Positions 19,201 to 28,075 of a DNA stretch of 64,000 nucleotides are shown here, one piece after another (positions within the stretch are counted from its first letter, which is position 1; each line of letters starts with the position of its first letter). Source of the DNA: an uncultured Bacillota bacterium (GTDB lineage: Bacteria; Bacillota_I; Bacilli_A; Izemoplasmatales; Hujiaoplasmataceae); contig CALMFM010000156.1 in the NCBI GenBank assembly GCA_937862575.1, positions 2,905 through 66,904 of the forward strand. The letters run 5' to 3'. Below the pieces are notes generated by a model. It ran no database searches. It was not told the DNA's origin and was given only the letters and a program-made list of their open reading frames with translations. The translations under genes and the position numbers were made by a program.

Positions 19201-20826
19201 AAGCTTCATGTTATGGGAGAATATGAGATTCCTTTATTGGGAACGGTTAGAATCGGAGAAGATGCCAAGGAATATAAAGCGGGATCTCAAACTGGATCGG
19301 GTGAAGAATCGGCTCCGGGATCTAGTTATAGTGATTTAGCTTTAAAATTTGCTCAAGACTTATATTTAGATAAGACTGGAGACGAAGACGGAAACGGGAA
19401 CGCGGATTTAACTTATGGAAGTTATACAGTTTCAGAAGGAACTGTTTTAAGTGAGGCCACTTATGGAGAGGTTCTTACCAGTGCCGCTCAAGGGGATCAA
19501 TTTGATACTGATCAAGAGGGGAATCTAACTGATAAAATTACGGGGCAATATGTTGGAAAGAGAGCTTTATCAGAAGAAATATTAGAAGAAAGAGAACAAC
19601 AAAAAGAAGAATACGAGAAACTAAAAGAAGAGATTGAATCTCAAACAAAAAACACAGAACCCGTTCCTAATTTATTAGAGCAGCTTCCCGAAGAATTCCG
19701 TTTAGCCATTGAAGATTCCAATTATCAATTAGTGGCCGATCTTTACAACAAAGAAACCAGAACCTCAAATTCTGCTAGAAGTATGGAGAGTATTGCAGAA
19801 CAGTTTGGGAAAGAGGGTCTGGCACGAAATTTACTTGCGGGTTTAAATGGTCCAGATTTTTGGGAGCTTTATGATTTGACCAAAAAGGGTATAGAATTAA
19901 CTGATAATTTAGATGAAGAAATCTTAAAGCAATTAGATCCAGATAAAAATATTCAAAATTTATTTGGAGAGTGGGATGCTCAATCAGGGAAGATAGTTTC
20001 TGCCACAAAAGATTCTTCTGCTGCTTCAAAAGATGTTTCCGAAAAATCAACTAAAACAGTAGCCGATAAAATTACAGAAGCTATAGAAAAATCTGGCGGA
20101 GAATCCGAGGGATGGAAATGGGCTCAAGATCGATCTGGAAGAGGAAGAACTAATGAAGATGGAGGGTGGTATGGGCAGAGTTGGGAATATTTACCATATT
20201 TACAAGATTCTGGGAAAGGAGGACAGACAGTATATAATCAAATGATGTCTGTTCTTGGAAAAATAAATGCATTAGGTTCACTATCTTCAGGTGCGCTTCC
20301 ATCGATGACGAGTCAAACAATGATTGACCAAGCATTTGTAAAAATCGAGCCCTATATAAGCGAAACCGAAATGTTAAAGTTAAAAGAGTGGGTTGAGTCT
20401 CAAGGCTTTAATGCTAATATTATTTTTGATGTAGATGACACCAAAGTTAAAATAGCAAAATCTGAAGCTCAACAGCCAACTTGGTCATATCATACTATGT
20501 ATATTAATCAAGAAATTAGAGATAAATGGAGTACAGGGAACAATATTGATATTTCTAAATTGAAAATCGATCCAAATATGAGTATCCCTGATATTCCTAG
20601 ATTTGCTGAAGGAGGATATACGGGTAACTATGAAGGTCTTGCTTACTTAGATCCTCATGAAAGGATAATTCCCGATAATAAAATTATAGGTTCTTCGGGA
20701 CCGTCTCAGATTAACCTTACTCTGGATTTTCGAGGCTCTACTATAACTGGAGATAGCGCCGAAGCGTTTGCGAATAAAATAGCCGAATCGGTAAAAGAAA
20801 AACTAGATAGTGAAATGTATAGGTAA
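16285..20826 (+). CDS. tail tape measure protein
   Basis: 1513 aa; TP901-like core (APVAKTYGLS.EE..A), xDW repeats, C-terminal IPRFAEGG..HE.IIP. Confidence 0.9.
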   Translation: MAGSQYYTQFSFKATGLQKVLSDFQKTATKIQAQSASIGKVNFAGMNSALPVLKNIDNTLMLMAKHANLLSSSGAKLGSAFTPMASGAAKAATSVKSVSASMTQAQAASGGLSASMTKTKGSLISLGTTGKSAFGSIISGAGKASAAVNSISMSASNAARSLGRMSLVTASAGVSAGSKGMAKWTAPLAAGALSTYGQVKDIAAITAGYGLYKSMQVEHSASEAAAKSWTKGMTKEDLEAIKQNVIAVSKSGAGESIYGSDEKASFLAEYAAMGGNVTAGNFQKSTMDLFTNYAQAIGGELNQSAQDLISQNMMWYQGEDVFKEQNLQKTGDMNAVLLAQTRLAAEDLINLSKAGAPVAKTYGLSQEEFLAAAGGLSQMGRSPQQASTDIRRLLLRGTPSISNQEKMQAYQEGVMNEEGQMVDEEGKVISQPAVNTALQQLGMTWEDLNVEKAGGLANLMDKIANKMEESGMSELDQQAWMKTVYGIQGVTPTAMLAQGKDYIADLQAKLENSSGGMQTMAETETDNLWGSTKKLMANLETSATALGDKLNPKMKMFVDYLNNSAVPGLNKLGSAVLSGNWKDAAGIIGGAYDVIKEKSVDTFEYLAEILTDGDTWSEWGDILKGAITVGIEDLKSLSEYFSDFVSGGGISDLLSGASDWVRDVLSAFDSADWSTTVSNFSNSLGSAFDQVSEWLGNELGRVDWVSFGGKVGGALAGAAKWLLDRAKGLPWEELTTTVSDALTGFVLGIDWGEAVSSALTTGIDIGEQLIKGIWNSNLVKAFANVGIGIYNAFVPMLKEVVRVYDIMLQTIEGYVNSLVKSVENAYTNVENFVRGILGMKELGENTTETSEENSTAATNTGFSDSSKIEVKEANINVVNGIVSTASHEAINKGQTYYTKGKEILTEEEFKIFEYSPSEWTAHTANLEDNNDLSNAIIIQQDDIGKFKTLYDLYGEETAKKALSSKNEENKEQKLHVMGEYEIPLLGTVRIGEDAKEYKAGSQTGSGEESAPGSSYSDLALKFAQDLYLDKTGDEDGNGNADLTYGSYTVSEGTVLSEATYGEVLTSAAQGDQFDTDQEGNLTDKITGQYVGKRALSEEILEEREQQKEEYEKLKEEIESQTKNTEPVPNLLEQLPEEFRLAIEDSNYQLVADLYNKETRTSNSARSMESIAEQFGKEGLARNLLAGLNGPDFWELYDLTKKGIELTDNLDEEILKQLDPDKNIQNLFGEWDAQSGKIVSATKDSSAASKDVSEKSTKTVADKITEAIEKSGGESEGWKWAQDRSGRGRTNEDGGWYGQSWEYLPYLQDSGKGGQTVYNQMMSVLGKINALGSLSSGALPSMTSQTMIDQAFVKIEPYISETEMLKLKEWVESQGFNANIIFDVDDTKVKIAKSEAQQPTWSYHTMYINQEIRDKWSTGNNIDISKLKIDPNMSIPDIPRFAEGGYTGNYEGLAYLDPHERIIPDNKIIGSSGPSQINLTLDFRGSTITGDSAEAFANKIAESVKEKLDSEMYR

Positions 20827-20834
20827 TCCAAAAT

Positions 20835-23480
20835 ATGACTCTAGCTTTCGATTCGGAAAAGCTCGACGCTTCTTCATTTGATCAAGGCGGATTCTTTGTT
20901 GCGTCCAGTTCAATATTTAAGTGGAAAAACACAATATATACGAACGAGTTTGATTTTACTATTGATTGGAATAATAGAATATATGCTGAAGAATTTGACT
21001 TGGCGATTGATTGGAACGGTAGACTTTATACTTCAGAATATCCATTTAAATTTAATTGGGTTAACGTTTCTGGTTTAGCGTGGCCTCTTGTTGATTATTT
21101 AAGTGTAAAGACAATTCAGGATGAATATTTATTCCCAGAAATTATAGACGGAAAAATTTCATTAAAAGAAGGTTCTATTGCCGAAGCAACTTTTGATCTT
21201 AAGAGTTTTGTCCCTGAAGATTCTCGATGTACATTTTATTTAAGGGGCTCTACTAGAATGTTTGACGGAAATTCTAGAAGATGTGTCGAGAATGAAAAGG
21301 GGATATTTAAGTTAACGGTTCAAGAATATTTGGAAATATTAAAACCAGAATCGGATAAGGGTGGAGTTTATCTTGTTAAAAATAATTGGAACGACGTAGA
21401 ACTTCATAATCTTTTGTCTAGTGCCAAGCCAGCAGATAATGATAATGAGATTGGTCTACTTTATATGGCATTTTCTGCTATTCCCTGGCAATTTTTTGAA
21501 GAACATGACGAAGAAAATAATATATTTAAATTTGAGTATACGGGGACAGCTTATACTATAACCGAAGTTTATGAAGATTCTACCTTGCTTACGGCAAAAG
21601 CCAGTGTCGCAGATCTGGAATCTGCTTCAGGATGGTACCACGACACATCAAATAAAATTTTATATGTTAGGTGTACCGATCAGGTTTATCCATATTTCCA
21701 TGTAATATCTGTTCCATATATTTGGGATTTCAAGATTCCTATTAGAATTGGAAATATAACCGACCAATCAAGTACGGTTATTGCTTATTGGGAAACGGCC
21801 AACGGGGATATTCCGCTAACAACCCTTAAAAACATTCTCACGGCTTTGGGACTGGAGATGGAAACCAGTATTAGGGGAGGAATTTGTTATATTGACGTTT
21901 CCTCTAAAATTGGAAGCGGAACTTCTTCTTCTCCGACAAAATATTATATTGAAGGAGAAAATATTTTAAAGATAAAAGAAATAGATCGTGCTGATGCTCG
22001 AAATATGATAAGTGGGGTTGGATTTTTAGGATATGGTCAAGGTGCGGGGGCCGTAAGAGCTGGAGCCCATATTAATATGAATCGTGGAGGGAGATTTATT
22101 TTCTTAGATGATCCTTCTGTTCATTCTCAAGCATCAGCAGAAGGTTACGTTGAAAATTATCTCGATGATCATTTTTTACCTGCAAGGAGAATAAAGTTTT
22201 CTGCTCCCGTAGAAATTGGAGACGCTATAGACCAGAGGAGGTTAGGTGATTATACTCATATCTCTCTTCCTTCGAGAAAGATAGAGGATGATTTAAGAGT
22301 TCAGGAAATTTCATTAAATCTAAAACCGTTATCAATGGATCTTGTTACGGGCGATAAGCTAATTTCTTATGATCAAAAAATGAAGGCAATGAGGGATGCT
22401 GCTGAAAAGTTTAGAAAACATCTTCAGGATGAAGTAGAAGAATTTACCTGGAATTGGACGGAAAATATTATATCAAATGCAAATTTATCAAATAAATTTA
22501 CTATTACTGCTGATGCTTTAAAAATTCAAAAATTGGAGTTGTCTGTCAGCACCAATCTTTTCCGCACTGACGCAATGCAAGGTGCTGGCGGAGGTGGCGG
22601 AGGAGGTGCTGGAGACGGAACCAGTGGTGGCGAGGAAGATCCTACGGCCATGACCGGAAACGGAGAAGAACATACTCATGGGTTGATAGATGGAGAAATT
22701 AAGGGTGGAACGGGAGGTCCCAGTGGCACAATTCAAGTTTCTGCAAAGGGACATACTCATACATATTCATCAACTTCTGGATCTCCTTCTGCAACATCTG
22801 TTGTTACGGAATCGGTAGATGAAATTTCTGTAGAAACGGGATGCTGTACCGGAGTCGCTTGTGGTAAGGAATGGGTCTCAGAAGTAACCGGAGCCTCTTC
22901 AAATACTATAAGTGTTGCTTCAAGCGGACATACACATTCTATTTCTGGTACAACATCAGGAGATGATAGTTATGAATATGTTGCTACTTATGACCATACT
23001 CATGACATAACAAGTCTATATCTTACATCCGAATCGAATCACAGACATCCGATTTCAGAAAATGGATATAATCCTACCGTTGCTACATCTGAAGATTCTG
23101 AGATTCCCGTAGATCCCGAAACTAGCGAACCTTATTCAAATTGGCAAACCGCAGAACCGGGTGAAACAGGACATCCTCAAATTGCTGCGGACATATATAA
23201 AGCATTTTTTGCTCCCGGTAGCGATCCAGAGATGTATTTTACTGTTAAAATATCTGGACCCGGAATTACTGGATCTGTGGAAATTACAGGTTCCCCCTAT
23301 GTTATAAAAGTTAATGATAGCTTTGGCCCAACTTTAATAGATAATTTGGTAACTGAAGCGGGAGAATATACCGTTACAGTTGGACTCAGCAATAAAGATA
23401 CTCCTGCTGATAAAGCTAAAATCAACTTTTCTATGCAAATAAACGGAGTAATATTTGTTGATACGATTATAAAAGAATAG
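20835..23480 (+). CDS. tail tip/hub protein with HxH metal-binding spike repeats
   Basis: follows TMP; LGDY..I...RV..I hub motif; poly-Gly linker; HTH/HRH repeats. Confidence 0.7.
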   Translation: MTLAFDSEKLDASSFDQGGFFVASSSIFKWKNTIYTNEFDFTIDWNNRIYAEEFDLAIDWNGRLYTSEYPFKFNWVNVSGLAWPLVDYLSVKTIQDEYLFPEIIDGKISLKEGSIAEATFDLKSFVPEDSRCTFYLRGSTRMFDGNSRRCVENEKGIFKLTVQEYLEILKPESDKGGVYLVKNNWNDVELHNLLSSAKPADNDNEIGLLYMAFSAIPWQFFEEHDEENNIFKFEYTGTAYTITEVYEDSTLLTAKASVADLESASGWYHDTSNKILYVRCTDQVYPYFHVISVPYIWDFKIPIRIGNITDQSSTVIAYWETANGDIPLTTLKNILTALGLEMETSIRGGICYIDVSSKIGSGTSSSPTKYYIEGENILKIKEIDRADARNMISGVGFLGYGQGAGAVRAGAHINMNRGGRFIFLDDPSVHSQASAEGYVENYLDDHFLPARRIKFSAPVEIGDAIDQRRLGDYTHISLPSRKIEDDLRVQEISLNLKPLSMDLVTGDKLISYDQKMKAMRDAAEKFRKHLQDEVEEFTWNWTENIISNANLSNKFTITADALKIQKLELSVSTNLFRTDAMQGAGGGGGGGAGDGTSGGEEDPTAMTGNGEEHTHGLIDGEIKGGTGGPSGTIQVSAKGHTHTYSSTSGSPSATSVVTESVDEISVETGCCTGVACGKEWVSEVTGASSNTISVASSGHTHSISGTTSGDDSYEYVATYDHTHDITSLYLTSESNHRHPISENGYNPTVATSEDSEIPVDPETSEPYSNWQTAEPGETGHPQIAADIYKAFFAPGSDPEMYFTVKISGPGITGSVEITGSPYVIKVNDSFGPTLIDNLVTEAGEYTVTVGLSNKDTPADKAKINFSMQINGVIFVDTIIKE

Positions 23481-23530
23481 AAATATTTATATACCATTAA
23501 ACATAATTGTTTATATAAGGTTTTATATTT

Positions 23531-23875
23531 ATGTCTGAAGAATCTCATGTAAGTGATAAAATTTCCATGCTTTCTGATGGTACAGCTATTAATAAATTTT
23601 GCCTTGGGCAATTTGACGATTTGGTTATGAACATGGAAATTATATGGGACGTATTTGATATAATTACTAAGCTTTCTCGCTTAAATGTCACAAAAGATGA
23701 AAATGGATTTGTAAAAGATGCAGAATTAATAATGCCTAGAATTAGTGAGGTTGCGGTTCTTTGGGCTATTAAAAATTTTGTAAAATGTCACGAAATGCGC
23801 TCTGATTCAATATCTCCAGAAACGATATTAGAGCTTAGGCGACTTAAATTAGAAAAATATTTTAGAGAGGAATAA
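23531..23875 (+). CDS. hypothetical protein (moron-like)
   Basis: own GAAATATTTATATA promoter at ~23480 within the tail operon. Confidence 0.6.
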   Translation: MSEESHVSDKISMLSDGTAINKFCLGQFDDLVMNMEIIWDVFDIITKLSRLNVTKDENGFVKDAELIMPRISEVAVLWAIKNFVKCHEMRSDSISPETILELRRLKLEKYFREE

Positions 23876-23878
23876 GTA

Positions 23879-25000
23879 ATGGTTCATACATTATATTTAA
23901 ATTCTCTAGAATTATCTCCAACTTATGGCATTTATATTACGGAGGAGCCCTCTTTTAATTCTTCTGCGAATTATGAATCTAGTTCTATTTGGAGAGGAAC
24001 GCGAACTTATGTGTCTGATATTAGCTCCAAAGAAACCAAAATCAAACTAAAAGGTTTTTGCAATGCTGAATCTGCGCTTCGTTCTATTCTATATTATGAT
24101 TCACATAATTATAATTGGAATGAAGATGAAGATAATGTATACTTAGTAAGAGATCTATCTAGAAGATGGAAAGTTTCTTTAATTGAAATTGAGTATGGTT
24201 TGGACCGAGAGACTTATTCATTTACAATGAATCTTGTATTGGAAAAATATAATCCAGAAGGCTATGTGCTTTCTTCTAAAACTGGTTCTTCTGCTTCTTC
24301 TCCAATTTCCGTTACCGGAATTGAGAACGGAGGAGATCAAAATGTTTTGTTTGAATCCATTAAAATAACCGGAACTTATTCGAGCGGATCTAATTTAACT
24401 TCTCCAATTTTAACCCAGTATTTAATTGGAAATGATCTGGAAATTGCAAATGTGGTTTTTGATACCGCAGAATATGAATTCTATAATAATTATACTGCAA
24501 AATATACTTATATAGATGCATTTAATACTACTGATAAATTTAGTAGAAATAAAAACGATTCTACGAATGCAACATTTGATACAGATCACGTTAATATTAC
24601 TTCTAGTGGTGAACTAGAATACAGGTTTCAATTAAAACATCCGCTGTTACAAGATCCGATTCTTACATTGACCGCCTCAATAACTGGATCTCCAACAATA
24701 GAGGTTTCGCCAGATGGAAGTACTTATTGGGAAGTTGAAAAAACTTTCGTTTCTGGATCTTTAGTTGATTATAATTTAACTAAATTGGCGGGTTATAGTG
24801 ACTTTTATTTTAAAATTGTTACTGGGGTCAGCGATTCCGTAGCCTTGAATTATATGAAATTTGTTTCGTGGCACGATTATAGCGGTCAACGGCCCGTTCC
24901 TTATATTAGACCAAGCAGCGTAGAGGAAACCTATAATTTAACATTTTCTGCTGGAACTTTAGATTACGATATAAGATATAGAGACAATTGGAGTGGATAA
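23879..25000 (+). CDS. distal tail (Dit-like) protein
   Basis: I.LKG, F...L....P, NGGD motif, terminal YRDNW. Confidence 0.55.
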   Translation: MVHTLYLNSLELSPTYGIYITEEPSFNSSANYESSSIWRGTRTYVSDISSKETKIKLKGFCNAESALRSILYYDSHNYNWNEDEDNVYLVRDLSRRWKVSLIEIEYGLDRETYSFTMNLVLEKYNPEGYVLSSKTGSSASSPISVTGIENGGDQNVLFESIKITGTYSSGSNLTSPILTQYLIGNDLEIANVVFDTAEYEFYNNYTAKYTYIDAFNTTDKFSRNKNDSTNATFDTDHVNITSSGELEYRFQLKHPLLQDPILTLTASITGSPTIEVSPDGSTYWEVEKTFVSGSLVDYNLTKLAGYSDFYFKIVTGVSDSVALNYMKFVSWHDYSGQRPVPYIRPSSVEETYNLTFSAGTLDYDIRYRDNWSG

Positions 25001-25002
25001 TT

Positions 25003-25740
25003 TTGCCCATAGTTGCTTCTGATATAAAAATTTACGAAACAAAATCTACAGCTTCCGCAGATGGAGAATCTGGCGGAAATGGTCTTGGTGGATATAGATC
25101 TTCTGATGAAATTACAACTGACGTTGACGAAAATCTTTTTGATCACGTTTCCGCAGCAGAATCCGAATCTGGGAATACGGAATATCGTGCTTTTATGATA
25201 AAGAATACTCATGCAACTATTTCATTTGTGAGTGCTAAAGTATATTTATCTTCTTCATCAAATGTTCCGTTTTCTGATCTTACAACACAACTAGAAAATA
25301 GCGGTTCTGAAACTACAGTAGATGTAACGGATGCCAGCGATTTTCCATCTTCTGGAGCATTTTTTGTTGAAAATGAAGAGATAACTTATACTGGAATAAC
25401 GGGAAATCAGTTTACGGGATGTTCTCGAGGGGCAAATGGTACCTCAAAGGTTTTACATTCTGTTGGGGCATATGTTGAGCATAATCAAATAAGAATTTGC
25501 GTAGAAGAGCCGTCTAATAAATCTACGGGTTATATTCAAACTATAGCAAATGAAGGAACTGAACCTTCAGGATCTCCTACTTGGTCCGCAGTTTATAGCT
25601 TTGCTACCGGACTCTCTATTGGAACACTTGCTCCTGGAGAATTTTATGGGGTATGGGTAAGGAGAAAGATTCCTGCGGGTTGCTCTGCTAAAACCGGAAT
25701 ATCTTATACTATTTTAAGAAAGGGTGAAACAGAGGAGTAA
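25003..25740 (+). CDS. minor tail protein
   Basis: GLGGY.S...NLFD.VS..E..G..EYR; E.I.YT.....C.RG..GT; VWVRR. Confidence 0.65.
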   Translation: MPIVASDIKIYETKSTASADGESGGNGLGGYRSSDEITTDVDENLFDHVSAAESESGNTEYRAFMIKNTHATISFVSAKVYLSSSSNVPFSDLTTQLENSGSETTVDVTDASDFPSSGAFFVENEEITYTGITGNQFTGCSRGANGTSKVLHSVGAYVEHNQIRICVEEPSNKSTGYIQTIANEGTEPSGSPTWSAVYSFATGLSIGTLAPGEFYGVWVRRKIPAGCSAKTGISYTILRKGETEE

Positions 25741-25743
25741 AAT

Positions 25744-26622
25744 ATGACCAAAAATTGGGATATATTTCCTAAATCTCAGCCAGTTGGGGACGGTCTTGCT
25801 AATTTATCTTGTTACAAAATCTATGAAAAATGTGCTATAGCTGGATATGGGGTCATAAGTGGCTGTGCAGTATCTCGAAATTCTGCAACTCAAGTTGATG
25901 TAGCTTCAGGAGTTTATACTGTAAGCGGGGTAAGGAAAAATTATGCAGGGGGAAACGTTTCGGGAATATCTGCTGCGGATGCAGGAAAACAGAGATACGA
26001 TTTATTTTATATAGATGGTGCAGATGATACATTAAAAACCTTAACTGGAACTCAAGATACTCCAACTAATGCTTTAGACTTTTTGGAGAACTACGTTCCT
26101 CGTCCTGCGGAACCCACAGATACCGATTGGGTAATTCTTGCAGTGGTAAGAGTTACAGAAAATGGTGTAGAAAATACAAATTTTGGGACAAATTCTTATG
26201 CAACAGGAAGCGTTGCTAACATGAGGATGTCTCCTGCTTTTTGTGTAGATGATTCTACTTTGCAGGTGGTCGACGGGGTTGCTTCTGTAAAAGCATCATA
26301 TGCTAGAATTTATGGTCCCTATAGAATTACTCATGATGGAGGAGCGAGCCAATCAATCATGACGACTGGTTCTCTTTGTACTATCGTTGAGACTGTTGTT
26401 AAATGCGTTGAAGTAACAGATACGGCCACTTATGAGATTGGTTGGGCGGGGGATTCGGATGCGTTAGTCGAATCGGTAGGAATGCCCAGCATTTTAAATG
26501 ATTCTAATACTACTTTAATTTTTGAACAATTAAAAGAAGTTAAAAATATTATAGCTACGGTGGGTGGTTCTGGTACGACCGGAGAAATTGATGTTTGGTT
26601 TTTGATTTCCGAATATAGCTAA
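25744..26622 (+). CDS. minor tail/baseplate protein
   Basis: GVISGC.V....V.VASG; RYDL; P.P....LA.VRV. Confidence 0.65.
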   Translation: MTKNWDIFPKSQPVGDGLANLSCYKIYEKCAIAGYGVISGCAVSRNSATQVDVASGVYTVSGVRKNYAGGNVSGISAADAGKQRYDLFYIDGADDTLKTLTGTQDTPTNALDFLENYVPRPAEPTDTDWVILAVVRVTENGVENTNFGTNSYATGSVANMRMSPAFCVDDSTLQVVDGVASVKASYARIYGPYRITHDGGASQSIMTTGSLCTIVETVVKCVEVTDTATYEIGWAGDSDALVESVGMPSILNDSNTTLIFEQLKEVKNIIATVGGSGTTGEIDVWFLISEYS

Positions 26623-26631
26623 ATTTTTATA

Positions 26632-26651
26632 TAATTCATTATTTTAAAATA
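26632..26651 (+). promoter_or_regulatory. putative late promoter motif, copy 6
   Basis: TAATTCATTATTTTAAAATA. Confidence 0.7.
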
Positions 26652-26709
26652 TCCTTTATTACTTTTATTGTGACCTATAATTGATATCCAATTAATTGGT
26701 GCATATAAT

Positions 26710-27693
26710 ATGAGAAAATCTATAATTTCTATTCTGGCCGCCATGATGACTATGGCGTTGCTTTTGGGTATAGCCTTTGCTGACCCTTGGGAAACTTTCA
26801 AGAATACTGCTTATTCTAGATCCGATGTAGTAATTGGTCCCGGATTTGATTTTACTACATCTTCTGATGGGGTTGCAACCTTTACTAATGGATTAATCGT
26901 TTCTTCTGGAAAAGATGTTGATATTGGCGGAGATATAAATGTTACTGGGAACGGTACTATTAATGGAAATTGGGCTGTTAATGGATCTGTAATCGATAAT
27001 GGAGTTATCGAAGATGCCACGTATATTAATGATACTCTGGGAGTTTCAGGAACTACCAGTTTAAATGTTACAACTGTAACAAACGCCTCTGCATCAGGGA
27101 CTCTAGGAGTTACGGGAACTACCAGTTTAAATGTTACAACTGTAACAAACGGCTATGCATCGGGGACTTTCGGAGTTGCAGGAGTTTCCAGTCTAAATGC
27201 GACAACCGTAACAACTCTTGTAGCATCTGGAGATACCTACCTTAATAGTACAACCGTAAGCACTGGCGATACTATGGCGGTTACTGATGCTGATGGACTA
27301 ACCGTTGGAGGTGTAATTGTTCCTCAATCTGTTCCCGTTAGTATCTATATTGGTTCTTCTCCAGTAGATGGAACTATTTGGACTGCACCTTATGCCTGTC
27401 AAATTCTCAGTATTAAAGAGGCTCATTCTGTTGCTCAGAATACAGCATTTCCCAATACTGGTAGCGTGAGTTTGTATAAAGCTGCTGATGGAGAAAATTC
27501 TGGTGCAGGGACAATCCTTCATAATACTACAATGTATTTGAATAGTACGGTTGATACAGTTGTAACTCCCACTCTTAATGCAGCTACAGGAGCTACTACA
27601 CTTGCTGCGGGTGAGCGCATTGTTGCTAATTTTAATGGAACTGTGACGACTCTGGCAGGAATGGGAATTTCGATTGATATTAAGAGGGTGTAA
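26710..27693 (+). CDS. signal-peptide-bearing fibre-like glycoprotein
   Basis: Sec signal ending AFA; 22-aa beta repeats; 12 N-x-S/T sequons; C-terminal LAAGE.I domain. Confidence 0.7.
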   Translation: MRKSIISILAAMMTMALLLGIAFADPWETFKNTAYSRSDVVIGPGFDFTTSSDGVATFTNGLIVSSGKDVDIGGDINVTGNGTINGNWAVNGSVIDNGVIEDATYINDTLGVSGTTSLNVTTVTNASASGTLGVTGTTSLNVTTVTNGYASGTFGVAGVSSLNATTVTTLVASGDTYLNSTTVSTGDTMAVTDADGLTVGGVIVPQSVPVSIYIGSSPVDGTIWTAPYACQILSIKEAHSVAQNTAFPNTGSVSLYKAADGENSGAGTILHNTTMYLNSTVDTVVTPTLNAATGATTLAAGERIVANFNGTVTTLAGMGISIDIKRV

Positions 27694-27723
27694 TTTCTTA
27701 TTATTTTTTTTCGAGGAATTATA

Positions 27724-27849
27724 ATGGTTAAAGTTAGGTTTATTGAAAATGGAAAAGAGAAGGAAAGAGAATTTGATACCGAAGAAGATGGCATGAAATT
27801 CAAATCCGAACTAAAATCTAAAGGGATTAAAGGAAAGTGGGAGTGGTAA
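27724..27849 (+). CDS. small hypothetical protein (41 aa)
   Basis: GAGG SD then MVKVRFIENGKEKEREF...; below the ORF-track cutoff. Confidence 0.5.
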   Translation: MVKVRFIENGKEKEREFDTEEDGMKFKSELKSKGIKGKWEW

Positions 27850-27854
27850 AATTT

Positions 27855-28058
27855 ATGGCTATTTTTGAGGATCAAATTATTGGTAAGGGTTTTTTGGTTG
27901 CTCTTTTTGTGCTTGGTATATTCGCTTTTACGACCTATAAAGTGATAGATGCTGATCCGACCAGTGCAAAAGAAGTTTTTGTAGCTCTCAAAGAGCCCTT
28001 TGGTTATATTCTTGCGTTCTATGTAGGAAATAGAGGAACTGGCTTAACAGCAAAATAA
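27855..28058 (+). CDS. holin-like small membrane protein
   Basis: two hydrophobic segments, ILAFYVG motif. Confidence 0.5.
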   Translation: MAIFEDQIIGKGFLVALFVLGIFAFTTYKVIDADPTSAKEVFVALKEPFGYILAFYVGNRGTGLTAK

Positions 28059-28075
28059 AGATGGTGATTAATTAA

